From Pseudobdellovibrionaceae bacterium (lineage in GTDB: Bacteria; Bdellovibrionota; Bdellovibrionia; Bdellovibrionales; Bdellovibrionaceae), in assembly GCA_039810425.1 (NCBI GenBank), contig JBDHWW010000009.1, positions 1 to 64,000 of the forward strand: a stretch of 64,000 bases of DNA. The letters are read 5' to 3'. Each line of letters starts with the position of its first letter. Position 1 is the stretch's first letter. The notes below the pieces were generated by a model. That model was given only the letters and a program-made list of their open reading frames with translations, searched no databases and was not told where the DNA came from. The translations under genes were made by a program, and so were the position numbers. This document shows positions 10,482 through 19,821 of this stretch, piece after piece.

Positions 10482-11798
10482 TTACTTACCGACAACCTTT
10501 TCAATATCCGCAATTTCTTTTGGTACTGATGAGGTCATGTTTTCAGTACCTGAGGAAGTGACACGGATGTTATCCTCAATACGGATACCGATACCACGAT
10601 ACTTCTGGGGAGCGCTGGTATCATCCGCAGGGATGTACAAACCAGGCTCGATCGTAAAGCACATGTTAGGCACGACCTCACGAGGCGACCCTTTTTTGAA
10701 GTAAAGACCCGCATCATGCACGTCCATCCCCAACCAGTGGCCAATGCCATGGGGGTAATAGCGTTTTTGTTGCAAAGAAGAAATCAAATCCTCTTTACGT
10801 CCCGCCAACAAGCCCAGTTCAAGCATCAAGTCCGTCAGCAAAGACGTTCCCATGTCGTGCAAGTCTTTAAAGACAATGCCTGGTTTTACATACTCGATGA
10901 TTTGCTTTTGTACGTTCAAAACACCTTGGTACACGCGCGCTTGTTCATCTGTGAACTTTCCATTGACCGGATAGGTACGCGTGATATCGCCCGTGTAATA
11001 GTTGTATTCCGCACCCGCATCGATCAAAAGAAGATCGCCATCACGGCAAGGTTGATCGTTGAAGTTATAGTGCAAGGTTGTTGCCGAGTTACCGCTTGCC
11101 ACAATGTAGTTATAACCTTCACGAGCCGCCCCCTTCATGAAGAAGTTATGCGCGAGCACGCCTTGAACCTGACGTTCCGTCACACCTGGACGGGTAAAGC
11201 GCATCGCCGCCAAATGAGCTTGGGCAGAAATCTCGCAGGCCTCGCGGAGGTTTGTGAGTTCCATCTCAGACTTAATCACGCGGTATTCACCAAGCATTGT
11301 GTCGGCGTCGTGGATGGGCAACAGACCATAACCTGTACGGCCCTGCATTGCCTTGACCCGCTCTAAGCAAGCTTGAATTTTTTGATCGGCTTCTGGATTT
11401 TTATAAAGAGCGTAATAAACCTTCTCAACTTCCTTCAACAACGCCGGTGCATGAACCATGAACTCATCAATTGGATAGGCCTTATCAATTTTGTATTCGC
11501 GCTCCACACCTTCTGGCCCGTACCGGAAACCATCCCAGGTCTCACGCTCTTTATCGCGGCGGCGAACAAACATCACCGTCTCTGGCTTCAAACCGGGACG
11601 AAAAATCAAAATGCTTTCTGGCTCTTCAAAACCAGTCAGGTAGTACATATTAGAGTCTTGACGATAAGCATAGCCGACGTCGTGGTTGCGGATATGCTCG
11701 GGATGAGCCGCCACGATCAATGCCGAACCCGCTAAGTCTTGGCCGATGCGTTGTCTACGATCCGCGAAAATTCTGACGTCTTCCGTTGGTCTTCTCAT
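10482..11798 (-). CDS. pepP: Xaa-Pro aminopeptidase (aminopeptidase P, M24B)
   Basis: YRQDSNMYYLTG, LLIDAG, DITRT, HGIGHWLGMDVHD, TIEPG and RIEDN motifs. Confidence 0.95.
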   Translation of the reverse strand: MRRPTEDVRIFADRRQRIGQDLAGSALIVAAHPEHIRNHDVGYAYRQDSNMYYLTGFEEPESILIFRPGLKPETVMFVRRRDKERETWDGFRYGPEGVEREYKIDKAYPIDEFMVHAPALLKEVEKVYYALYKNPEADQKIQACLERVKAMQGRTGYGLLPIHDADTMLGEYRVIKSEMELTNLREACEISAQAHLAAMRFTRPGVTERQVQGVLAHNFFMKGAAREGYNYIVASGNSATTLHYNFNDQPCRDGDLLLIDAGAEYNYYTGDITRTYPVNGKFTDEQARVYQGVLNVQKQIIEYVKPGIVFKDLHDMGTSLLTDLMLELGLLAGRKEDLISSLQQKRYYPHGIGHWLGMDVHDAGLYFKKGSPREVVPNMCFTIEPGLYIPADDTSAPQKYRGIGIRIEDNIRVTSSGTENMTSSVPKEIADIEKVVGK

Positions 11799-11813
11799 AG
11801 CTCTATCCTTTTC

Positions 11814-12818
11814 TTAGAAACCTAATTTGCGGGCCCAGCCTTCAATTGCCTTCTGGGAAATCTCTGCGCCCTTTTGCATGATCTCCCTGCGTTTTTCGAA
11901 ATCAGTAACCATGTAACCATCCAAATCCACCGCAATCACCGCATCAATACCCGGCTGTGATTTCGCATAGAAGCGGGCCAGCTCCGACCACATCACAGAC
12001 TCGGCACTGTCAGCATCTTTCACCAAGGACCTGCGGCCGGCATCACGACCTAATACGTTCACAAGAACAATGTAGTTCGCACCTTGCGAGCGAAGGTAGT
12101 CTGCCGCCATTTTCAACTCACGAACCGCACTGACATTGCGATTGTAGGCCTTGAACATCGGTGGATATGGCAAGCAGTAAGGCAGGAGTTGCTCAACCTG
12201 GCCCCGGCTCATCATATACACCTGGCTTTTAGCAATGTTGTAAGCCGGGCATCCAAATGGATGACGGAAGTTTTCAACCTTCTGGCCACCGAAAGCGGTT
12301 TGGAAAAACTCTTTCAGTGCCGTCACGTCTGTTTTTCCCGAAGGACCGATGAGGGAATTTTTTGAAAGCTCATCATCCTTCAACTTAAACATCTGCCACT
12401 CAACATCATAGACTTGTCCCTTTGCGGACAAAAGCGCCGCCGCTGGGGCGCCCCACTCAATACCGACAGTCGCGTAAATCGGTACTTTCAAGCGGCTTAA
12501 GTTTTGTAGCGCCCCAATATGGCCATAGGCGCGGGCTCCACCAGGGCCAAGGATCAAGCCGATTTTAGGAATTGCCGGAATCGGAGACGACACTGGAGGA
12601 GTCGTCTGGGTCGCGGGAGGCTGAGGCTGCGCAGGAGTCTGTCCTTCGTACTTTGGTGGCTGGATGGGACCGGGGGCAGCTTCTGTATGCTCTTCTTCGT
12701 GTTGTTCATTTTTAATATCTTCACGAGTACGGAGATTTTGGCAAGCAGCCAAGACCATCAGACTTAGAAATAACAAACTAAACTTTTTGAGCAAAAATGA
12801 AAAATTCCTTGTTGCCAT
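11814..12818 (-). CDS. Patatin-like lipoprotein, predicted catalytically inactive
   Basis: Lipobox LAAC; oxyanion loop LGPGGARAYGHIG; nucleophile elbow reads GIEWG instead of GxSxG; likely start MATRNF. Confidence 0.75.
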   Translation of the reverse strand: MATRNFSFLLKKFSLLFLSLMVLAACQNLRTREDIKNEQHEEEHTEAAPGPIQPPKYEGQTPAQPQPPATQTTPPVSSPIPAIPKIGLILGPGGARAYGHIGALQNLSRLKVPIYATVGIEWGAPAAALLSAKGQVYDVEWQMFKLKDDELSKNSLIGPSGKTDVTALKEFFQTAFGGQKVENFRHPFGCPAYNIAKSQVYMMSRGQVEQLLPYCLPYPPMFKAYNRNVSAVRELKMAADYLRSQGANYIVLVNVLGRDAGRRSLVKDADSAESVMWSELARFYAKSQPGIDAVIAVDLDGYMVTDFEKRREIMQKGAEISQKAIEGWARKLGF

Positions 12819-13539
12819 CTTTTCCCTCAATCGGTGAATTAAAATAGTCCTTCACGCCCATACCAGAGCTCTGACAAATATTTCTCACTTTATCTTCAAC
12901 TCCGGAATAGAGTCCAGAATCTTTCACGAGGCCACCTTTGCCAAGACCCTCGGGGCCGACTTCAAACTGCGGCTTTACAAGGCTCAGCAAAAAGCCTCCG
13001 GGCTTTAATAAACCCACAAGCCTCGGGATTATCAAACAGATCGAAATAAAAGAAACATCCATGACAATGAGATCGAAACCCTCTTGAGGCATTTTCGCAC
13101 GCACCTGGGAATTCTGATCGATCTCCCGGGCATTCAGCCCTTCAATATGCTGCAGGCGCGGATGCGTTACGAGTGACGAATGCAATTGTCCGTGCCCGAC
13201 ATCGACTCCAAGAACCGCCGCCGCCGCCGCCTGGAGCAAGCAGTCACTAAAACCACCGGTGGAGGTCCCGACATCGAGAACCTTCAACCCCTGCACAGAC
13301 AAATGACAGTGCGCGAGTGCGCCTTCGAGCTTTAAACCCCCACGGGACACGAAACGGTTCGCAGGGCCTTCCTCCACAAACACCTGATCTTGAGTGTCAT
13401 CCACTTGGTAATTAGGTTTCTTTAAAGTAACTTTCAGGGAATTTTTAAAAACGTACACCTGTCCCGCATGAATCAACGCCTGTGCATGCGAGCGTGAAGA
13501 AGCGAGCTGCGTTTTTACCAGATATAGATCAAGTCTCAT
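12778..13539 (-). CDS. tlyA: TlyA-family rRNA 2'-O-methyltransferase
   Basis: N-terminal S4 domain RLD; FVSRGGLKL, DVGTSTGGF, DVSFIS, LVKPQFE and GKDGNKE motifs. Confidence 0.95.
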   Translation of the reverse strand: MRLDLYLVKTQLASSRSHAQALIHAGQVYVFKNSLKVTLKKPNYQVDDTQDQVFVEEGPANRFVSRGGLKLEGALAHCHLSVQGLKVLDVGTSTGGFSDCLLQAAAAAVLGVDVGHGQLHSSLVTHPRLQHIEGLNAREIDQNSQVRAKMPQEGFDLIVMDVSFISICLIIPRLVGLLKPGGFLLSLVKPQFEVGPEGLGKGGLVKDSGLYSGVEDKVRNICQSSGMGVKDYFNSPIEGKDGNKEFFIFAQKV

Positions 13540-14414
13540 TATTTGTTACGCTGTTGATTGAATTCAATCATGTGCTCAAGGATTGCCGAGCGAGCCGGAA
13601 CCTTATGCAATTCTTTAAGAGCTTTATCACTGATCTCTTTGAGGTGCTTCTGAGCTCCCTCCACACCGAGAAGACCCGTGAAGCTGCGGGCTTCTTGATC
13701 CTTCTCGCCGTGATCGAGAATATCGTCCGCCACTTGGAAAGCAAGGCCCAAGTATTCACCAAACTTTGCAAGACTGTCCATTTCTGCGGGACTGGCCCCG
13801 GCAACGACCGCCGCTCCTTCCGCAGCGACTTGAATCATGCGACCGGTTTTTAGATTGTGTAAATGCGCGAGCTCCTCAACCGTGAGGTTCTTGGCTTTCA
13901 GGTCAATGGCCTGGCCACCGACCATACCACGCACACCGGCCGCGCGTGAAAGCAGCTCACAGAGCTGAGACGCCAGGAACCCGTTGTCTTTGTAGCCTTT
14001 AGTAATTGCCAAGAAAGCTTCTGTAAGAAGCGCATCGCCGGCCAAGAGCGCCGTGGTTTCGCCATACACCTTGTGATTGGTGGGCTTGCCGCGCCGGTAG
14101 TCATCGTTGTCCATGCAAGGCAGATCATCATGAATCAGAGAATAGGTGTGAACGAATTCAATGGCGGCAGCCAACGGCAGAACGCGTGAAGCGGGCACTG
14201 AGAAAAGCTCCGCCACGAGAAGTGCCAGAACCGGGCGGAAGCGCTTACCGCCGCTTCCCGCGGAATAGAACATGGACTCTTTGAGTTCCTTGACCGCGGA
14301 ACTCTGGATAGATGCCGACGGCAGATCCAGCGAAGAAAAGTATTCCTGAATATAATTGTCCACCAGGGTGATACGTTGCTTAAGCTCTTCTTCAAACTGA
14401 ATCATGAGGTCCAA
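13539..14414 (-). CDS. ispA: Polyprenyl (farnesyl/geranylgeranyl) diphosphate synthase
   Basis: GGKRFRP, first Asp-rich motif HDDLPCMDNDDYRRG, GQAID, KTG, FQVADDILD. Confidence 0.92.
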   Translation of the reverse strand: MDLMIQFEEELKQRITLVDNYIQEYFSSLDLPSASIQSSAVKELKESMFYSAGSGGKRFRPVLALLVAELFSVPASRVLPLAAAIEFVHTYSLIHDDLPCMDNDDYRRGKPTNHKVYGETTALLAGDALLTEAFLAITKGYKDNGFLASQLCELLSRAAGVRGMVGGQAIDLKAKNLTVEELAHLHNLKTGRMIQVAAEGAAVVAGASPAEMDSLAKFGEYLGLAFQVADDILDHGEKDQEARSFTGLLGVEGAQKHLKEISDKALKELHKVPARSAILEHMIEFNQQRNK

Positions 14415-14422
14415 AAAAAATC

Positions 14423-14647
14423 CTAGTTTTCGTCAGGAACGAAGTTCACTGTGTTCGCGTTGCCGTTTTGATCCACGCTGACCAACAGTTTCACTTTCGA
14501 CTCAGCATCGTTCAATTTTTGATGGCATTCACGCGAAAGCTTCACGCCTTCTTCGAAGAGTTTCAAAGACTCTTCCAAAGCGAGGTCGCCTTTTTCCATC
14601 TTATTGACGATCTCTTCGAGACGGCCTAATTTTTTTTCGAAATCCAT
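14423..14647 (-). CDS. xseB: Exodeoxyribonuclease VII small subunit
   Basis: FEKKLGRLEEIV...LEESLKLFEEG; lies between xseA and ispA. Confidence 0.95.
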   Translation of the reverse strand: MDFEKKLGRLEEIVNKMEKGDLALEESLKLFEEGVKLSRECHQKLNDAESKVKLLVSVDQNGNANTVNFVPDEN

Positions 14648-14658
14648 AGCGCACTCCC

Positions 14659-16062
14659 TTAATTAATTACTTTTTCAATACGGGCTTCAAGCTGCCCGTG
14701 AGCCAAGGTGACCTGCACTGGATCGCCAGCCTTCACCTGATCAGCACTCTTAATCACTTCACGATCTTTTTTCACAATCGAATACCCACGCTCGACAACT
14801 TTGAGCGGGCTCAGGCTGTCAAGCACCGAACACCATTTGCTCCACAGGGCTTTTTTACGCTCGACGGACACACTCACACCTTTGTTCATCCGCTGCGTGA
14901 GGTATTCAAGCTCTTTCACTTTGCGCTGGATGAGTTCCTGCGGCGATCCCATACGCTTTTCTAAAATTTCCAATTTATAACGGCGCTCCGACAACGCGCG
15001 GTCTTTCGCCATTTGGAGACGCTCCACCAAATCATCGTTGCGAAGAATCAGATCCTGCAATTTCTTTTGCGGATCAACAAGGCCTTTAGTGAGAAGCTGC
15101 CACTTCTGCTCAAGCGCCTTGAAGTACTTTTGCATATTGAGCTTCAGCAAGCGCTCCTGCTGTTGCAACCTGGTCGTGAGTTCCTGCGAACTCTTCGCCA
15201 CGAGTTCTGCCGCCGCCGATGGGGTTGGTGCGCGTAAGTCCGCAACGAAGTCGGCAATCGTGAAATCAATTTCATGACCCACGGCTGAGATGGTGGGAAT
15301 AGGAGAAGCCGCAATCAAACGCGCTAACTTTTCATCGTTAAAGCACCACATGTCTTCAATCGAACCCCCGCCACGGCCGACGATAATCACATCGACGCTG
15401 GGTAGCTTCTGAGCCTTGAGCACAGCTTCGCAAATCTGCGGGGCCGCGCTCTCACCTTGAACTACCGTCGGGACCACAGTCACTGGCAACCACGGGGCAC
15501 GGCGCGAAAGAATATTCAGGATATCGCGGATCGCAGCTCCGGTCGGCGAAGTCACAATCGCTACGTGACGAGGCATATGGGGAATCGGGCGTTTGCGGGC
15601 CGCCTCGAACAGACCTTCACCCTTTAATTTCATTTTCAATTGCTCAAATGCTTTTTGCAGAGCTCCAGCACCCACGGGCTCCATCATCTCGCAAAGAATC
15701 TGATAGTTCCCGCGCGGCTCGTACACAGAGATACGGCCGCGAACAATGACCTCCATGCCGTCGGTCGGTTTGAAACGCAATTTTGAATTGTGTCCGCGGA
15801 ACATCACCGCGCTAATTTGAGATTTCGCATCTTTGAGGGAAAAATAGAAATGCCCTGAAGTATGCGCCTTGAAATTTGAGATCTCACCACGCACCCAAAT
15901 GAGACTGAATTGACTCTCAAGAGACCGCTTGATCGAAAGATTGAGCTCTTCGATTGTGAGAACATGGGGCTCCGAACTTTCCGCGGCATCATTCATTGGA
16001 GCCGTCAGCTTCGCACCCAAATCTGTTTTAAGTAATGGTTTTGATTCTGTTTGGTCGGACAT
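14659..16062 (-). CDS. xseA: Exodeoxyribonuclease VII large subunit
   Basis: SGHFYFSLKD, TSPTGAAIRD, RGGGSIED, GHEIDFT, APTPSAAAE and LSPLKVVERGY motifs. Confidence 0.97.
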   Translation of the reverse strand: MSDQTESKPLLKTDLGAKLTAPMNDAAESSEPHVLTIEELNLSIKRSLESQFSLIWVRGEISNFKAHTSGHFYFSLKDAKSQISAVMFRGHNSKLRFKPTDGMEVIVRGRISVYEPRGNYQILCEMMEPVGAGALQKAFEQLKMKLKGEGLFEAARKRPIPHMPRHVAIVTSPTGAAIRDILNILSRRAPWLPVTVVPTVVQGESAAPQICEAVLKAQKLPSVDVIIVGRGGGSIEDMWCFNDEKLARLIAASPIPTISAVGHEIDFTIADFVADLRAPTPSAAAELVAKSSQELTTRLQQQERLLKLNMQKYFKALEQKWQLLTKGLVDPQKKLQDLILRNDDLVERLQMAKDRALSERRYKLEILEKRMGSPQELIQRKVKELEYLTQRMNKGVSVSVERKKALWSKWCSVLDSLSPLKVVERGYSIVKKDREVIKSADQVKAGDPVQVTLAHGQLEARIEKVIN

Positions 16063-16088
16063 TCTGGGACGACCTTAATGAAGGCGTC

Positions 16089-16304
16089 CTAGAGAGTCAA
16101 ATAGACATTTTGGATTGACCAAAGGCCCCCAACAAAAAAACAAATCCACGCCAGTCCTTTGTGACGACTCATCTGCTGGAAAGCCGCGCCCAGGCGCTCC
16201 TCCCCGATCTTTACGAGAGTTGGGTTTTCCAGCACAACTAGAATCAGGAGTCCATAGAAAAACACGACAAATGGGAAGAAAAAATCCAATTTTTCAGGCG
16301 TCAT
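16089..16304 (-). CDS. Small two-TM membrane protein (likely start ATG 16304, MTPEK)
   Basis: Two hydrophobic segments; ATG lies 7 nt downstream of a TCCGATAA sigma28-like -10 box at 16312-16319. Confidence 0.65.
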   Translation of the reverse strand: MTPEKLDFFFPFVVFFYGLLILVVLENPTLVKIGEERLGAAFQQMSRHKGLAWICFFVGGLWSIQNVYLTL

Positions 16305-16762
16305 ATTCAGCTTATCGGACAAAAATGCATTGGCACGAGTCTGGCCTGATTGCTTTTTTTGGCGGTATAGACGACAATGGTTTTAGGGTTCGACGGCGTA
16401 AAGCTCAATCGAAAATAAACCTTATGAGCATTGAATAGGGGGCTGTCCCTGACAATGGTGTGCAAGCTCAGCTCGTACTGAGAAGCCTAAAGTTGTTACC
16501 ATGGCCACCCACTTTAGCGAAAATAGGTTTATGTTTCAGAGTAGCCTTCGGGCCTTTTTTATTTCTCTTGATACCGCTTTCAATAGCTCCCACGAAAATT
16601 TCAAGACCTTTTTTCAACGATGAATGTCGACTCGACTGTCCGATTTCCATACTCCTCATTTCGACGCATTTCACTCTAAGATCGTTTAAATCATCTACGG
16701 TTTCCCTCTAAATTCTCCAATACAATGTTCATTTTTCCTCGACCTATTATGAGACGAGGCGT

Positions 16763-16789
16763 TCAGCCAGGTCCCGTTAGGGCCGATAA
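16763..16789 (+). promoter_or_regulatory. Sigma28 (FliA)-type promoter, probably giving a leaderless mRNA
   Basis: TCAG-N15-GCCGATAA; ATG at 16797 follows after 7 nt with no Shine-Dalgarno. Confidence 0.65.
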
Positions 16790-16796
16790 TTAAGAC

Positions 16797-18689
16797 ATGG
16801 ACTTAAGAAGTAGGCGCCCTCAGCTCCGCTGGTACATCGTTGCGTTTTTCACTCTCCTCGCGGGCTGCCAAAACCCTCTTGATTCGGGCGATAATGACTA
16901 TACTCAAAATCCAGAAGGCGCCTACTGCGGGGCTGCCCAAACCACGGCCTACCCTGGCGCGACCACGGCCATCACCGGGACGGCGACCTTCCAGTATCGT
17001 CCTTTGGTACTGACGAATGCGAGCAACCCGAAGGATGTGGGCCTGCGCGGAGACCCCGTGTCTCTGGGGGTCACTTATGCCGAAGTTCACATCTTAGATA
17101 GCTCTGGCAACACTATTCAATGCGGCGATACCGACGAAAATGGCCATTTTAGTCTTGCCGTCCCCCAACCTCAGGTCGCTGGCACTTACACTGTTCAAGT
17201 TTTTTCACGCGCGCTCGGCAGTAAAGTCAAAGCCAGTGTTCTAAAAGATATCTATTCCGCACTCCCATATTCAATTTCAAAACAGTTTACGATTCCTGCC
17301 TCTTCCGCTTCCGTAGCAGTACCGACCCCATTTGTTGCCAGTGCCCGTATTAGTGAAGACAGCGACCTTTCGGGCGCGGCCTTTAATATCTTGGCCGACA
17401 TTTTCTGGGCGAATGAGTTTATCCGGGGCAATACCTCGCAAACAAGCTTCGTGGCGGATAAAGTTTCTGTGTTCTGGAAACAAGGCTTCAACCCCTACTC
17501 TTATTACAATGCCCCGAGTGTTTTAGCTTCATTCTATGTAGCCTCTGAAGACCGTTTGTTTATTCTCGGTGGTAAAAACGGCGATGTAAAGGCGTCCGAC
17601 ACCGACCACTACGATGACTCTGTGGTCTTGCACGAATACGGTCACTTCCTGGAATCCCACTACGGCCGCTCTGATACTCCAGGCGGATCACATAACGGGA
17701 ATTTCATCATCGATCCACGGCTTGCGTGGAGTGAAGGCTGGGCCAATTACTTCCAAGCTGCGGTTCAAAATACAATTGTCTATAGCAGTTCATACCCGGG
17801 TCCTAATAAAGGCACTGGCGGTTGGACCGGATATGTTGATACTTTAGGATTCAGCGATGACTCGGTCGAGGGCTCAGGCTCTACTTATGGTATTCAGATT
17901 ATCCGTGACCTGTCAGAACTTAACTCCGCCGCAGTTTACGATAAGGCTGCGACAAATGAAGGTGTGTTTCGAGAATTCTCGATTTCCCGCACACTCTTCA
18001 AAAGCATGACTAACGCAAGCGGTGTCCCTTTCGGCGCGATTTGGGATGCGTTCAAAGCTCTCCGAAGTTCGAGCGCTTACAGATTTATTAACTTTGGTCT
18101 TTACAACAGCATTCTTAATACGACTTTAACTTCTAATTATTCAAGTCAAGGCATGGCCACTTGGACCAACATCATTACAGAGGAAAATCAGAAAAAAGAT
18201 ACGTCGCTTTATGGCCGCTCCATCGCCACTACCGGTACAACTTCCTGCACTGAAATTGCCCTGACTCCGGTGGCGGATCAAAGCTTGAGTTACAGTCGCT
18301 CAAATCAACTCATGTCGAATGATTTCTATACGTATTACTATGATGGTTCGGGCAAGCAAATCGTATTGAAATCCCGCAATTCCAGTGCGAACATCATTGA
18401 TATGAATCTTTATGTTTACTCAGATGGCTACTACTACTCTGAAGAAATTCAAGAGGCCCAAGCAAACTTCAGCAACTCGACGATGGTTCGCAAAAGTAAA
18501 ACTCTCAATATCGGTTCCGTTAACGAAACAGAAGTTGTGGATATGAGTGGTTTGCCGGCGGGTTATTACATGATCGACGTGAAAGCATCGACTTATGGCA
18601 AAACCTCGGCAAGCCTTAATGGCACAGCTAATTATTATTTATATATCGGCACAAGCTCGACGGTGACATCATGTCTAATACCTCAGTAA
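16797..18689 (+). CDS. Zinc metalloprotease lipoprotein (gluzincin-type) with flanking beta-sandwich domains
   Basis: Lipobox LAGC; VVLHEYGHF (HExxH); downstream AWSEGWANYF supplies the third-ligand Glu. Confidence 0.8.
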   Translation: MDLRSRRPQLRWYIVAFFTLLAGCQNPLDSGDNDYTQNPEGAYCGAAQTTAYPGATTAITGTATFQYRPLVLTNASNPKDVGLRGDPVSLGVTYAEVHILDSSGNTIQCGDTDENGHFSLAVPQPQVAGTYTVQVFSRALGSKVKASVLKDIYSALPYSISKQFTIPASSASVAVPTPFVASARISEDSDLSGAAFNILADIFWANEFIRGNTSQTSFVADKVSVFWKQGFNPYSYYNAPSVLASFYVASEDRLFILGGKNGDVKASDTDHYDDSVVLHEYGHFLESHYGRSDTPGGSHNGNFIIDPRLAWSEGWANYFQAAVQNTIVYSSSYPGPNKGTGGWTGYVDTLGFSDDSVEGSGSTYGIQIIRDLSELNSAAVYDKAATNEGVFREFSISRTLFKSMTNASGVPFGAIWDAFKALRSSSAYRFINFGLYNSILNTTLTSNYSSQGMATWTNIITEENQKKDTSLYGRSIATTGTTSCTEIALTPVADQSLSYSRSNQLMSNDFYTYYYDGSGKQIVLKSRNSSANIIDMNLYVYSDGYYYSEEIQEAQANFSNSTMVRKSKTLNIGSVNETEVVDMSGLPAGYYMIDVKASTYGKTSASLNGTANYYLYIGTSSTVTSCLIPQ

Positions 18690-19258
18690 AGAAAATCAGT
18701 AAAACCAAATTAATGCTGCTAAGCCCGCTGGCCCTGGGGATCATTGGATCTGCCTTAATCTACATGCAGGAACACAAGGTTCATCGGTCCATCGCAAGTC
18801 TTGAACCCTATCAAGCCCATGGCTTAATGATTGGCAAACAGGCGGCGGCAATGACCATTGAAATCGTCGGCCCCGAAAATTATCCAAGCAATAACTCTGA
18901 GGTTGTGGAGCTCGTGGGCTTTATTACACAATACTTGTCTGGGGACTCGCCGCTGAGTTACGAATGGGCTTTACCCGAAGGTGTCGAGCTCGTACGCGGG
19001 CCGTACGCCGATACGTTAGCGAATATTCCCCTCGGAAAAGCGCAACAGGTCAGCATTCTTGTTCGCGGGTTCTCGCGTGAGGCACAAAAACTAATTTCTT
19101 TGAAAACACAAATCACGACTTCAAATATGCCGCTAACGGCATCAGCCGTCATTGTGAGCCGTCCCGAAGAAACGATGGAGGCCCGTGTAATGGATCTGCA
19201 AGCCCAGGCCAAGGCCGCAGCAGAAGAGGCCCGGGACAAAGAATCAGAAACTAAATAG
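18671..19258 (+). CDS. Hypothetical membrane-anchored protein with Ig-like beta domain
   Basis: N-terminal TM; YEWALPEGVELVRG; overlaps the protease stop codon. Confidence 0.65.
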   Translation: MSNTSVKKISKTKLMLLSPLALGIIGSALIYMQEHKVHRSIASLEPYQAHGLMIGKQAAAMTIEIVGPENYPSNNSEVVELVGFITQYLSGDSPLSYEWALPEGVELVRGPYADTLANIPLGKAQQVSILVRGFSREAQKLISLKTQITTSNMPLTASAVIVSRPEETMEARVMDLQAQAKAAAEEARDKESETK

Positions 19259-19260
19259 TC

Positions 19261-19821
19261 TTACAAAGCTATCACTTCGATTTCCGGGTTGTATTCATCT
19301 CGGAGAATACCTTCGATCGCCATCAAAGTGCCCGTCGTCGCACTCGGGCAAGTGCCGCACGCACCTTGATAATAAACTGTGAGCTTGTTGTTCTCATAAC
19401 TCACGACATCTAAGTCACCACCGTCCCCTTGCAAGCCCGGGCGGACGGTACGGTCTAAAATCTCTTCGATTTGCTGAATTTCTGGAGACTGGCTCTGACG
19501 GCGAAGTTTCTTTTCGTCGACCTGCGTTTGGTTAGGGTCATGAACCGCCATGCGGCTCTGAATCACTGAGCAAACAGCCTTTTGAATCTCGTCTGGATCG
19601 GCATCAAACGCATGAGTCACGGTAATCACGTTTTGAAAGTAGTGAACCTGCTTCACGCCCGGAACTTCGAAAATTCCCGCAGCCAAACGATTGTTCGCGG
19701 CCTCTTCAATCGTGGAGTAAGTCGCTTTGCCCTCGGTCAAAACCGCGCGGTCCAACACAAACTTCCATGCTGCGGGATTTGGAGTCGCCTGAATTCGAAT
19801 TAGTACATCTTGCGCGCTCAT
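19261..19821 (-). CDS. Nfu/NifU-family Fe-S carrier (Nfu N-terminal domain plus NifU C-terminal domain)
   Basis: TPNP N-terminus; VRPGLQGDGGD; GACGTCPS (CxxC). Confidence 0.9.
   Translation of the reverse strand: MSAQDVLIRIQATPNPAAWKFVLDRAVLTEGKATYSTIEEAANNRLAAGIFEVPGVKQVHYFQNVITVTHAFDADPDEIQKAVCSVIQSRMAVHDPNQTQVDEKKLRRQSQSPEIQQIEEILDRTVRPGLQGDGGDLDVVSYENNKLTVYYQGACGTCPSATTGTLMAIEGILRDEYNPEIEVIAL

Noticed and set aside
16468..16674. 68-aa minus-strand ORF as a real gene
   Set aside because: No RBS or recognisable motif; mentioned only as part of the intergenic-gap finding
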